Shown here: one piece after another, positions 27,501-41,804 of the stretch
How the letters are laid out: every line of letters begins with the position of its first letter
Position numbering within the stretch: position 1 is the first letter of the stretch
Assembly (NCBI GenBank): GCA_050613775.1
Contig: JBODTK010000116.1
Span: forward strand, 1-64,000
Origin: Neocallimastix sp. 'constans'
Taxonomy: Eukaryota
Reading direction: 5' to 3'
Length of the DNA stretch: 64,000 nt
Notes under the pieces: model-generated
The model's input: the letters and a program-made list of their open reading frames with translations, nothing else
What the model was told of the DNA's origin: nothing
Database searches by the model: none
Position numbers and translations under genes: made by a program

Positions 27501-28384
27501 GTAGTCTCCAAACTATCTTCATTATAGATGTTATTTCTTTGATTTATTTTATTAAATATTTTTGGTAGAAATGATACTCTATTCATATTATAATATCATA
27601 ATAACTTTTAAATTTTTTCTTTATTTTCATTATATTAACATTAATTTCATCTTTAATTAAATTTTATTTTTAGTTTTTTCTTTTATTTGACACACCTTTT
27701 TATATTTTTTAAATTTTTTTTTATCTTAATATATTTATGATTTTTTATATTTAAATATATAATATATTAATATTTTTAAAATAATTAATAAATAAAACAA
27801 TGGAAGTATATTCTTTTCCTAGACTAAAAAAAATTATTATTATTATTATTAGAGTACTGTATATAAAATAAAAAGATATTAAAAAAACATAAAAGAGTAG
27901 ATTTCAATAACACAAATTTTAAAATTATTAAAATAAAAAAATTGAAATTTTAATTAAAATTTAAAAGCATATTATAAAAGTTTTCTTATTAACAAAATAA
28001 TTTTTTCTTTTTTTTAATAATTAAACATAAATTTTTATTTCATTTTTATTTTTTCTTTTTCTGATAATTAATTATTTTTTTTAATATATGAATTCTTACA
28101 TAAAATAATTTAAAATAATTTAAATAATATTATTTATATTTATTTAAAAAAAATTATAATTTAATATAGACATTATTTTTCTTTCTTTTTTTTTTTCTTT
28201 TTAAATTATTAAATTTGAATAATTAATTTTACAATAACATAATATTAGTTATTTTTATAAATAAAATTCTTTTTTTTTTTTAATTTCTAGTAAAAAACTC
28301 TATATAAAATAATATTTTATAAATATAAAAAAATAAATAAATATTAATTATATATATATATATATTCTATTATATTAAATAATT

Positions 28385-31300
28385 TTAAAATCCTGGATTA
28401 GCATTTGTTAATAATTGAACGAAATAATCATGGAACCATTGACCCGCATCTGGTGATCCTGGAAGTGAATCTGGACGAGCACAAACTGGATCTGCTCGTG
28501 ATCCCGTAGATGATCCATCTGCTTCTCCTGGTGTCTTAAGCCACATATAGGCATCTAATAATGGCATACTTGAACTTGGATTACCTCTTGGACGTTCACC
28601 AAATCCTGTACCAACAAAGTTACACCATGTCTCCGTCTTACTGAATGCTTCAGTAATATCAACTCCATTACGTCCGGTATCAACAATGAATTTCATATCT
28701 GGAACTCCAACAGCTGCAAGAGAGGCTGCAAGTTTTTTATGATATTCATATTCAGAATAAACTGGTTGATAGTTGGAAATATTAGTACTTAAACCACGAA
28801 TCTTACCGTTTGGTGCATTATTTAAAATTTCTTTAATAACTGCTGCCACCTTATCTGTAACTTCTCCTAACCATTTACCATGAGCTGCATCAAGATAAAC
28901 ACTAACATTATTCATACTACCGAAAACATCAACAGCATAAGATAAGGCATTCTTATGCATTCCATGAACTGTCTTACATGATTCACTAGTACCAGTAACA
29001 AGATTACCAAGTGTATCTGGTTCAATAACCATAACAACCTTAGAGTTTGGATATTTCTTAATAGTATTGGAAATGTCATTAACGTATCCCTTGTAGGTAT
29101 CAAGACTAGCCGCACCACCTGCTGAAGCTAAACTGTTACAATCACGAGTTGGAATCATGTACATAATGAAAACAACAGTTTTAGAACCAGCTGCTTCTAA
29201 ATGTTGAGCCACTTCTCCTGGAGCACCTTCCCAAGCTAACCATACCGCAGTTGGAGCACTTTTTACTAATTCTGCTTTAGCCTTCAAATCACCACTTAAC
29301 TTTGGAATGGATGAATCAATTTCTTCAATAAACTTTGGATTAGCATAAATTTCATTTACAAAGAAATTTTGAGAACTACCATTTCCAATAGCATTTGCTG
29401 GTGCTGGTGCTGGTGCTGGATATTGGTTTGGTGCTTGATTTTGAATTGGTGCTTGATTTTGAGCTGGAGCTGGAGCTGGAGCAGAACTTTGACTTTCAAA
29501 TCCTGGATTAGCATTAGTCAATAATTGAACGAAATAATCATGGAACCATTGACCCGCATCTGGTGATCCTGGAAGTGAATCTGGACGAGCACAAACTGGA
29601 TCTGCTCGTGATCCCGTAGATGATCCATCTGCTTCTCCTGGTGTCTTAAGCCACATATAGGCATCTAATAATGGCATACTTGAACTTGGATTACCTCTTG
29701 GACGTTCACCAAATCCTGTACCAACAAAGTTACACCATGTCTCCGTCTTACTGAATGCTTCAGTAATATCAACTCCATTACGTCCGGTATCAACAATGAA
29801 TTTCATATCTGGAACTCCAACAGCTGCAAGAGAGGCTGCAAGTTTTTTATGATATTCATATTCAGAATAAACTGGTTGATAGTTGGAAATATTAGTACTT
29901 AAACCACGAATCTTACCGTTTGGTGCATTATTTAAAATTTCTTTAATAACTGCTGCCACCTTATCTGTAACTTCTCCTAACCATTTACCATGAGCTGCAT
30001 CAAGATAAACACTAACATTATTCATACTACCGAAAACATCAACAGCATAAGATAAGGCATTCTTATGCATTCCATGAACTGTCTTACATGATTCACTTGT
30101 ACCAGTAACAAGATTACCAAGTGTATCTGGTTCAATAACCATAACAACCTTAGAGTTTGGATATTTCTTAATAGTATTGGAAATGTCATTAACGTATCCC
30201 TTGTAGGTATCAAGACTAGCTGCACCACCTGCTGAAGCTAAACTGTTACAATCACGAGTTGGAATCATGTACATAATGAAAACAACAGTTTTAGAACCAG
30301 CTGCTTCTAAATGTTGAGCCACTTCTCCTGGAGCACCTTCCCAAGCTAACCATACCGCAGTTGGAGCACTTTTTACTAATTCTGCTTTAGCCTTCAAATC
30401 ACCACTTAACTTTGGAATGGATGAATCAATTTCTTCAATAAACTTTGGATTAGCATAAATTTCATTTACAAAGAAATTTTGAGAACTACCATTTCCAATA
30501 GCATTTGCTGGTGCTGGTGCTGGATATTGGTTTGGTGCTTGATTTTGAATTGGTGCTTGATTTTGAACTGGAACTGGATTTTGAGCTGGAGCTGGAGCTG
30601 GAGCAGAACTTTGACTTTCAAATCCTGGATTAGCATTAGTCAATAATTGAACTAAATAATCATGGAACCATTGACCCGCATCTGGTGATCCTGGAAGTGA
30701 ATCTGGACGAGCACAAACTGGATCTGCTCGTGATCCCGTAGATGATCCATCTGCTTCTCCTGGTGTCTTAAGCCACATATAGGCATCTAATAATGGCATA
30801 CTTGAACTTGGATTACCTCTTGGACGTTCACCAAATCCTGTACCAACAAAGTTACACCATGTCTCCGTCTTACTGAATGCTTCAGTAATATCAACTCCAT
30901 TACGTCCGGTATCAACAATGAATTTCATATCTGGAACTCCAACAGCTGCAAGAGAAGCTGCAAGTTTTTTATGATATTCATATTCAGAATAAACTGGTTG
31001 ATAGTTGGAAATATTAGTACTTAAACCACGAATCTTACCGTTTGGTGCATTATTTAAAATTTCTTTAATAACTGCTGCCACCTTATCTGTAACTTCTCCT
31101 AACCATTTACCATGAGCTGCATCAAGATAAACACTAACATTATTCATACTACCGAAAACATCAACAGCATAAGATAAGGCATTCTTATGCATTCCATGAA
31201 CTGTCTTACATGATTCACTTGTACCAGTAACAAGATTACCAAGTGTATCTGGTTCAATAACCATAACAACCTTAGAGTTTGGATATTTCTTAATAGTATT

Positions 31301-32129
31301 GGAAATGTCATTAACGTATCCCTTGTAGGTATCAAGACTAGCCGCACCACCTGCTGAAGCTAAACTGTTACAATCACGAGTTGGAATCATGTACATAATG
31401 AAAACAACAGTTTTAGAACCAGCTGCTTCTAAATGTTGAGCCACTTCTCCTGGAGCACCTTCCCATGCTAACCAAACAGCAGTTGGAGCACTTTTTACTA
31501 ATTCTGCTTTAGCCTTCAAATCACCACTTAACTTTGGAATGGATGAATCAATTTCTTCAATAAATTTTGGATTAGCATAAATTTCATTTACAAAGAAATT
31601 TTGAGAACTACCATTTGATGCAGCACTAACAGGAACAGCATTTTGAACTGGGGCTGGGGCTGGAGCTGGAACGGGGTTTTGATTATATGTATTCCATGTA
31701 GCTGAATTTACTGGAGCTGGAAAATTATCAACTTCACAACGAGCATACCATTCATTAATTGACACACATTTATAACCTTGTTGACAACATTTTTCACCAT
31801 AAAAATTATTTCTAATTTATTAAATTAAATAAAATGGAAAAATAACATAATATAATATAGTATAATATAGTATAATAATGTATAGTATAAATATAAATAA
31901 AAATTTTAATAAGAATTGGTATATTATATTTTATTATAAAATATAAAATATATATAAAATTTTTTTTTCTTTTTTTTTTTTTTTTCTATACATGTGTGTT
32001 TGTTTATTTGTTTGTTTATTTGTTTTTAAATAATTACCCTCCACATTGAGCATATGGACCAGCACATGCAGCGTTTGCGAGTTTGAAAAGAGTTAAACTA
32101 ATAATTCCTGTACAAATTGAAAATTTCAT
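28385..32129 (-). CDS. Secreted cellulase: signal peptide, CBM1 and three tandem GH6 (cellobiohydrolase-type) domains; 2 exons, ~1172 aa
   Basis: Exon 1 32129-32038 (MKFSICTGIISLTLFKLANAACAGPYAQCG), GT-AG intron 32037-31812, exon 2 31811-28385. Splicing restores CBM1 CAGPYAQCGGNNFYGEKCCQQGYKCVSINEWYARC. Each GH6 copy has PTRDC, IEPDTLGN, YLDAAHGKWLG, DTGRNG and KTPGEADG. Confidence 0.93.
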
Positions 32130-34490
32130 TATGAATATATAATTTATTATTCAAAATAAATTATAAAATAAATAAATATTATACAAAAAAGTTTTTTCAA
32201 GTATTAATACAATTTTAAAAATAAATTATAATAAATAAAAAAAAAAAAAACTATATTATATTATTTATTATTATTTTAATAAATAAATATCTAAAATAAT
32301 AATATTGTAAAGAAAAAAAAAAAAAAAAAGAATAATTTTATTCTTTATATAGATAAATTATTACAAATAGTAAACTTAAAACTTTAATATAAATTTATGC
32401 AATTTTAGCAATGAATCAGATAATAAATGAATATTAAAAAAATTTTTTTTTGTAATATATAATAAAGAAATTAAGATTCACAGATAAAATTAATTAAAAA
32501 AAAATTCTTATTAAATATATAAATATGAAAATAATAAAGAAATTCAATAATTTTAATAGGCCGTCATTACTATTAACATTAATATCATTTTAGATTTTTT
32601 GTGTAAATTATTTTAATATTATTTAAAAAAAGTAATAATAAAACTTTTTTATATATAAAAATATATAAAATGGTTTATATTAATTATGTTACTATTAATA
32701 TAATTTATATTTATTTTTATCTTTTTTTTTTTATTATTATTGCATACATATTTTACTTTAATTGGAATATTGAAATATCTAATAAATTTAATGGATACAT
32801 TTTAATATTTTTACAAAAAAACAAATAAAAAAAAAGCATATATATGTATATTTTTAATTAATTTATTCATAATTAATTTATAATTAAATTATTTGTTAAT
32901 TTAATTATAATTATTATTTTTTTTTTTAATTTAATGTTCAGAAAAGCTGAAACAAACTTATAGTTGATTAGCTATGAATTAAAGAAAAACCAATAAAAAA
33001 CTGGTATATTTTAATTTATTTACTAAATAATTGTTTTATTATATTAAAAATAAATTATATATTTTTTTAAAATCATTCAAAAATTCAAAATATTTAAAAA
33101 GAAAAAAGAAGAAAAAGATATTATAATTATATATTAAAATGTTAATAAAATATATACATTAATATATAAATATATATAGCATATCTTAAATATGATAATG
33201 GGATAATAATATTTTTAACTTTTGAAAATTTAGTAATAAAAAATGCTTTATTTCAATTACAATTCTTATTTAACTTGACTATTATTATAAATCATTTCAT
33301 CAATAAATACTTAAATTATTTTGTTTTTTTTTTTTAATCAATAAATACTATAATTTGTTAAATTTTTTTTATCGCTCTTCAATAATTATATAAAAATAAT
33401 ATAATATTTATAAACAATAAAGTAATTTTTATTTATTTTTTTTTATTAAGAATGAAATTAAATCCACCTTTTTTGATGATAGTGTATGTATTTGTTAGAA
33501 ATTTACATTTTTATATTAATAATATTTTAATATAATAATATATATATTTCTAATTATTATTTTAACTATTTTATTTATTTTTTAAATTCTTAGAGCTTGG
33601 TATATTAATATCTATAATATAATACATGTTTTATATTTTTTTTTTTTTTTTTATAAATATAGTAAAAAGAACTTAAAAGAATTTATCATAATGAAAAGAT
33701 TTTGTAATACTTTAATTCCATAACAAAATTAATATTAATAAAAATAATAACAATCTAAATTAATATAATTTTACATTAAATAATTAAATGATAGATAGAT
33801 GGATAGATGGATAAAGAATTATAAAATATCTGAAACAAACTAATTTTTTATTTTAGACATTTAATTTTTAAGAAAATAATATTATTTACACCATCATAGT
33901 AAAAATAAATATTAATATAATTAATATTTACATTTAACTTTAATAAATATAATTTTATTTTAAAATATTATATTATAATTATATTAATTAATAACCATTA
34001 ATACTTGGGAACAAAAATTAAAAAAAAAAATAATGTAAATAATATTAAAAATATTTATATACAAAAAAGGAAATATATCGTACTTTGAAATTTATTGTAC
34101 TTCTCTAAAACTTTAATAAATATAAAATTTTGATTAGATGGGTACCATTCATAAATTAAATATTTAATCTATTTTCAATAACAAATGAAAATAAATGAAA
34201 ATAAAAAAATAAAAATAAAAATAAAAATTAAAATAAAAAAATTATATCTTTCCTAACAATTAAAGATAAAAATATTTTATGTAATTATTAATTAAATGTG
34301 TAAATAATATTTGAAGCATTGTATAAGCTTATATATATAATTTTTTTGTGTAATGCTTCCAATATTATTTACACATTTAATTAAATTTATATATATGTTT
34401 TTTTCTTTTTAAATTTTAATCTTTTTTTTTTTTTTACTAAATAAATATAAAAAAATACAGCAATATTTATTTATTTAAAAAATTATGCTT

Positions 34491-34538
<48 letters not shown>

Positions 34539-34781
34539 TCTTTCATTTCTATTTTGTTTGTTTGTAAGTTAATGTTATTATATAATTTATATTATAATGA
34601 TAGTAATAAATGATAATTAAGTAATAATTTAAATTTATAAATTTTAGAAAATTTTTTTCTAATATGGTACTAATAATAATGAAATAAACAAAATTATAAT
34701 ATTTAATATAATTAAAAATAAAAATAAAAATTGTATTTTGTATTCATAAAATATAGTAATTAAAAAAATGGGCTACGATAT

Positions 34782-34817
<36 letters not shown>

Positions 34818-35030
34818 TTCAAATTGTTATAAATGTTTTAAATGTTGATCACTATAATAATTTGTTATAAAGAAGATTATATATATAATTCATTATATTA
34901 TTATATTTATCATTATATTTAATATTATATTTATTTATTATATGATAAATAAAAACTCCTTTTGATTGTAACTTTTGGGAGAATTAAATTCTTGGTTTTA
35001 TTTTTTCTTTTTTCTTTTTTTTTTTTTTTT

Positions 35031-35199
<169 letters not shown>

Positions 35200-38100
35200 T
35201 AAATGTTAATAAAATTAAATTATAAAAAAAAAAAAAAAAAAAAATTTAACCCTATTCTATTCATTTATTTTTATAAGCCACATTATAATACATGAATAAA
35301 TGATTATATATAAATTATGTCTAAATGCAATACTCCCTTATTTATATAAATAAATTGATAAAAATGAATAAAATAAATGAATAAATAAATAATAAAATAA
35401 ATAAATAAATTAATAATTAATAAAATAAATAAATGAATACTGAATAAAATAAATAAATAATTAATTAATTAATAAAATAAATAAATAATTAATAAAATAA
35501 ATAAATAATTAATAAAATAAATAATTAATTAATAAAATAAATAATTAATTAATAAAATAAATAAATGAAAATTAATGAAGGTTAATCTCAGGAAATCTTC
35601 CAGCTTGATTTTCTGCAAATTCTATATCTGATTTTATTTTTGTTGATACATATAGTAAAGAATCTAATCAATCTTTTATAATCAGTTTTGTTAATTTTCT
35701 CAGAGTTTTCTCTATCTTCTAATTTTGCATTAATACAAAGTATTCTAGTTATTTTAGTATTGTTTATATTATAGTTAGCATTTTTTCAATATAATCTTTT
35801 TGATTAATTTTGTATCCTTTATTTGTTTTAATTATATTAATTCCGATGATTTTGCTTGCTGTTTTATCTGTGGAGACTTTGTATTTATGTTTTAACTTTG
35901 AAACAACTTTGATAATTTCTTTATTCTCTCCGACCAATCTTGCTTTATATATACCATTATCTTTAATAGTAAAAACCCATTTAATGCTTTCGGGGATATT
36001 TTTGTTTTCCATAATTTCATAACATTATTTCCATATAAATTTTGCAATTCTTTGTTAATTGCATCTTTCTATTTATCCGCATTTTCTGAATTCATAGCTT
36101 CTTCATAATTCTTTGGAATTAATGTATTAATATTATTAGCTCTATTTCTTTTGTGTCTTTCGTTTTCATCTGAATTTGTTTTCCTCTAAAAAAAATGATT
36201 TATTTAATGTAGATATTCTACCTTTTATTTTTCTTTTTCATCATTCGATTGATAATTTTTCCTTTTTCTTTTTCGATAGTTTTTTTGTTTTTTCTTTATC
36301 AATTTTATCAGATTCTAAGTATTTCTTTCAATTTTTTATTTTCCATAAGTTTCCTGGTTTATAATTTCATAATTATTAAGGTTTGATTTAGATAAATTTT
36401 TATAATTATTAAGATTTGAAATATTTATTCAAATTTTTATTAATAAAATTTTTTTACACATTTTTGTTCAAAAAAATCCATTTTTGTGATTTTTATACTC
36501 TATATGTTATTATCGTTATTTTTATTTATAATAGCATTATTTTCATTACTTTTACTATTATCATGTAGGGTTTTGGCATGGTTTTCTTTTGATGTAATTT
36601 TTATTGTTTCTTTAATATTTGAATTATTGAGTAATTCCTCTTGATTTTCAGCTAATTTTTGATTTTCATTAATAATAATTTTCATTAATATAGTCATTAA
36701 TTCTATCCTCATTAATTTTATTTTTATTAATTTTATATTATTAATTTTAATTTTATCTTTATTAATTTTATCTTCATTAATTTTATCTTTATTAATTTTT
36801 TCGTTTTCTGAATTTTTATTTAACATGTTTTCATTATTATATTCATCCATTAAATCTATATTATCTTCAAGATTAATTTTATTCTGTTTATTTTCATTCA
36901 TTTCAAATTCATTTTGATAAATAGATTGACTAAATTGATGTTGTAAGTGCTGTTCCCCCTCAATTTGTTTATCTGAAGGATTTGGGGAATGAAAAAAGAT
37001 ATGCCAAGTGAACCTAGTGTACCTTCATTGAAGTATGCATGAACTATAATTATTGATTTTGGAGTAATGTCGATGACATGATAACCAGGAGAGTCTGATG
37101 AATATCCTAAGAAAATACCTTGGTTTTTGTACTATTTTCAAATTTTCCTTGCTTGTATCTATTAAGAAAAAATACTTTACATCTGAAAACTTTTAAGTTT
37201 AGAAATATCAATTTTCTTATTAAAAAAATACTTCGTTCATTATTTTAAAATTAAATCTCTGATACGGATATAAATTGTACAAATATACATGCACATTTAA
37301 TAGCTTCATCCCATAAAATAGGAGATAATTTAGCAGCACTGAGTAATGTTTTTCGCGCAATTATCCAATGTTTAATTAATTCTTTCAGCACGACCATTTT
37401 AGTGAGGATTATCTGGTGTAGAATGATTAAATATAATTCCATTGTTTTTAATATAATTTATAAAATTAGAGTTAATTATATTTTAAACCATTATCTTACT
37501 TCCTTTATATTGTAATTTCAAGTATTTTTCATAAGTTTATGAAATTTAATAAATTTTTGTACTGCCTCAGAGACCTAATCTAGCATGCCATAATTTTAAA
37601 TCGACATTGCTTATATTAAAATCCATATTTTTCATTGCGCTTATATTTAAAGTAAAAGGGTATTCATCATTTGTATAAACGGTAGTATTTAGTTTATTAT
37701 TTTTTATAAATTTGGAGTCTTTCTTTATTGTTACACATTTTCCATTACGAATTTAAAGCTTTTTTTTACATAGGTAATGAGTGGAAATTAAATTATTTTG
37801 TATGTTCGGGGTATAAAATACTTTCTCTAATAGAGAAATTATTATTTTTTTATACATTCCTTTGTACATACCCTTTTTGTATATTCTATCTAATTGTTCG
37901 TTTGGGTATGTAATCCCTCTATTAGTAACTTCTTCAATGTTTGATAGTATTTTTATACTTTTAAATAAGTTGATTCCTGTTCCACTATCCAATGATCCAT
38001 GTTTCTTTATTGTTCTTCCATACCATTAGTTTTGTTATGGTCTACTTTTAAAATCTTTAAATGTCTTTTCAACATATAGAAACATGAATGAATACAATAC

Positions 38101-38914
38101 CGACTTTATTTAATTTCTCTAAAGAATAAAAAACTTTTGTTTCTTCACTTAGTTCTGGTTTATTTTATAATTTTGTCTCGTTATTATATTCTATAAAATA
38201 ATGAGTTAAGATTATCTAAATACAGATTAAAGTCATCATTTTCGATTTCTATCTTCTTTATCTTCATTTCAATTTCAAATAATCTGGATGGGCCTGTTTC
38301 TGAAAATCTTCCTTTTAATTCATTTATCATTAAGTATGCACTGGTGCAATTATTTAATAAGCCTTTTATATATTCGTCGAGGCTGTTCAATATTATAATC
38401 CTTACTGTACTGTCATATTTTAAATGTTTTTTATTGATGTTTATATCTTTAATATTCTTTGATATATAATCATCTAATTCTTCAGAATCTAGGATTAATT
38501 TTAAGTCTGAATACCATATGTGAAAGTTTTCATTTGTAATTTTTGAGTTTTGAATGTGAAATTTATTAATTGTTATTTGTTTGAATATTTGGAGGTTCTA
38601 CTTCAACGAGAGTACCATTCATTGTTTTAATATTTTCAATGTTTGATAGTATTTTTATATTTTTAGATAAGTTGATTCCTGTTCCACTATCCAATGATCC
38701 ATGATTCTTTATTGTCATCTTCCTTACCATTAGTTTTGTTATGGCCTACTTTTAAATCTTTAAATGTCTTTTCAACATAGAAATGTGAATGAATATGCAA
38801 TATCGACTTTATTTAATTCCTCTAAAGAATACAAAACTTTCATTATTTAATAAATGTTTTATATTTAGTATATTGGATTTTGATATTAACAATTGTTAAT
38901 AAATTATTGAATCA

Positions 38915-38929
38915 ATGAGACTCTTAATC
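38915..38929 (-). promoter_or_regulatory. Primer-binding site complementary to the tRNA-Lys(CUU) anticodon arm
   Basis: + strand ATGAGACTCTTAATC equals nt 26-40 of the common eukaryotic tRNA-Lys(CTT) as recalled, and lies immediately next to the LTR end. Confidence 0.72.
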
Positions 38930-39196
38930 TGTTAAATATAACACTTAAAATCGAAAATGCTATTTATATTTTATTATGTGTTTATTTATTTATTTTATTA
39001 CTTTTACATTTAGAAAGACTTTCTACGTTTAAGAAAATGTCATTACATGTTATTTATAATTATTTTCTATAATAGTCTAACATTATTGGTAACATTTAAC
39101 GTTACACTGTATTATATTATTGAATAAAAATATTTTACACTTAATAATGTAGTATAATGTACAACGTAATTAAACACATAACTGTGATATTTAACA
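38930..39196 (-). repeat. Copia 5' LTR, 267 bp
   Basis: Bounded by a perfect 10-bp inverted repeat TGTTAAATAT...ATATTTAACA and directly abutting a tRNA-complementary PBS. Confidence 0.78.
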
Positions 39197-39743
39197 ATAT
39201 ATATATATATATATATACATTAAAAAAATTTACTTTTAATTTATTACTTCGGTTAAAATCAAAAACTCTTTTTTTTTTTTTTTTTTTTATATATATAATT
39301 TGCTATAATAAAAATATGACAAGAATAAAAAAATTTTTTCATTCGAGAATTTTAAAAGATTATAGAATTTTTTAAACATATAAAAGAACAAAGAATAAAT
39401 GAAATAAATAAAATAAAATACAATAAAAGTGAATAATAGTAATAATAAATAACAAAAATAAGAATATTAATATTCCTTTTTGATTTTTTATTTTATTTTA
39501 ATTTATTTTTATAATTAAAAAAAAAAAATAATAACAAAAGGAAAAAAACAATAATTTATCAACGAAGACGATATAGATATGAATGCACATGAATATGAAT
39601 ATACAATAAGTATAAAGATTTTAGATTCTAAATATATTTTTATGTTATTTTATTTTTTTTTTTATTGGAATAAAAAAAATATTTTGAAAATAATTTCTTT
39701 AATTGTTGGGTTAATCATTATATAATAATGATTATTTTAAATA

Positions 39744-39776
<33 letters not shown>

Positions 39777-41079
39777 TTTATTTTTATTATTATTATTATT
39801 ATTTTACTTTTAATTTTTTATATTTAGTTTTATGGACATTTGATATATAAATTAATTAAATTTCATAAAATAAAATAGATAAAGTTTTTAATAGAAGAAG
39901 ATAAAATAAAATGAAAAAAAAAATTTTTTTTTTTTATTTTTTAATAGGATAAGAATTTATGAATTATTGTTGTACCTAAAATTTAATTATTATTATTATA
40001 ATTATTTTTTAAACTAGTAAAAATAAAAAATTATAATAAATAAAATTACAAGTTTTATTTTTTATTATTTGATGTAAATATTATAAATAATATACAACAA
40101 TTAGCTATAAAACTATAAAATTTATTATGAATTATAATATTATTAATATTTTATAATAAATAATATAATTATTTAGAAATTGTTAATTTTTAAAATAAAG
40201 AATATTAAATATAATAATATTTATTATATAATTTTTTATTATTGTTGTTGGTATTTAATATTAATATTATTGTTATTATTGATTTTATATATATAATATA
40301 TTATTCCCTTTTTTTTTTTTTATAATTATTATTAGTTATTTTGTTTTATTTTATTTTTTTTTTTTTTTTTGTACTAGCTGTTAATTATAATAATTTTAAT
40401 AATTTATAATAATAATTTAAAATTTTTATAAAGACAAATACTAAAAATGGTTGGTTAATTAGAAAAAATTGAAATTAATAATAATAAATAAAAATTATTA
40501 AATAAAATCAAGTAAAAAAATAAAAATTTAAAAAAAATTTTTTTTTTTTGTTGTTAATTTTAATTAAATAACTCCAGATAATTAATAAAATAAAAAAGTT
40601 AATGGTTACATTAATTAAAATTCAACAAATAAAATTTTAAACCTATGAAAAAAGTAATATATTTAAAAGTTAATTATTACTATTTTAAACATAATAAAAA
40701 TATATATATATAATAATAGTATAATAATAATAATAAAAGAATATATAAAACATATTATATAATAATAATAATAATAATAATAAAAATAATAATAGATAAA
40801 AAGCAATATTAATAGTAATGATTTAATCATTTATAAATATATTTGTTAATAATAAAAAAAAAATATTTAATAAAAATGAATATAATATTTAAATTATTAT
40901 AATAACTGGGATTTGAAGTATGAATTTAAAATAATAATTAAATTAAAACTACTGTTAATATTTATATATAATTAAAAATTTAAAAAAATTATAAAAATAA
41001 AAATCCTTTCTAACTTGTTAATTAATTATTTTTTTAATATATTATCTTTTTAAATAGTTTATATATATATACACTTTAT

Positions 41080-41192
41080 ATAATAATTGTAATAATAATT
41101 GTAATAATAATTGTAATAATAATTGTAATAATAATTGTAATAATAATTGTAATAATAATTGTAATAATAATTGCAATAATAATTGTAATAAT
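41080..41192. repeat. 12-bp minisatellite (AATAATAATTGT)n, about 9 units
   Basis: Directly visible tandem units with one variant (TTGC). Confidence 0.92.
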
Positions 41193-41804
41193 AAATAATG
41201 ATTTAAAATAACTCTTAATTATTTTCTATTTTACCGAAATAAAGAACCTATAAATATATTTATATAATAATTAATAATTAATAATTAATAATATATAATA
41301 AAAAATAATAAAATATTATTATTTTTATATTATTAAAAATATTATTTGATTTTTATATAAATAATAAAATTTTTACTCTCATAAATTCTTTTATTTTTTA
41401 TTTTTTAATTTTTATAATTATTAAATTTTAAATAATGAAATTTATTTTTTTAATTAAATAAAGAAAATTTTTTTTTAAAAAAAATATATATATAATATTT
41501 ATTAACTATGAATTATTTATGACAATAATATATATTTATAAATATATATATAAATCTTTTTCTGCTTTCTTTTATGAACGTAGTAATATTAAAAATAATT
41601 AAAAAAAATATTAATGATAAATATATTTTAATATTTCAATTGGGAAATAATTATAAAAATAAGAATAGAAAAGAAAAAATTATTTTAGAAAAAAAAAAAG
41701 GATTATTTAAATAGAAATAAAAATAAGGATTAATTAAAAGTAAAAAAAAAAAAAAAAAAAGAACAAATTAAAATTAAAAATATTATTAATAAAAAAAAAA
41801 AAGC

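Larger units (their letters stand above)
35575..39196 (-). mobile_element. Decayed Ty1/copia LTR retrotransposon (5' LTR, PBS, gag, protease, integrase, partial RT)
   Basis: Minus strand order: gag-like (38560-38184), DSGTG protease, ARKTLLSAAKLSPILWDEAI and GIFLGYSSDSPGY integrase, then KWVF..YKARLV RT. Integrase before RT is the copia order. No 3' LTR seen. Confidence 0.88.

Noticed and set aside
28912..31350. Three 68-aa alternate-frame ORFs
   Set aside because: Out-of-frame by-products repeated with each GH6 copy.
35582..35592. TTAATCTCAGG match to tRNA-Lys at the truncated copia end
   Set aside because: Lies within decayed RT coding sequence (FAENQAGRFPEIN); likely chance.
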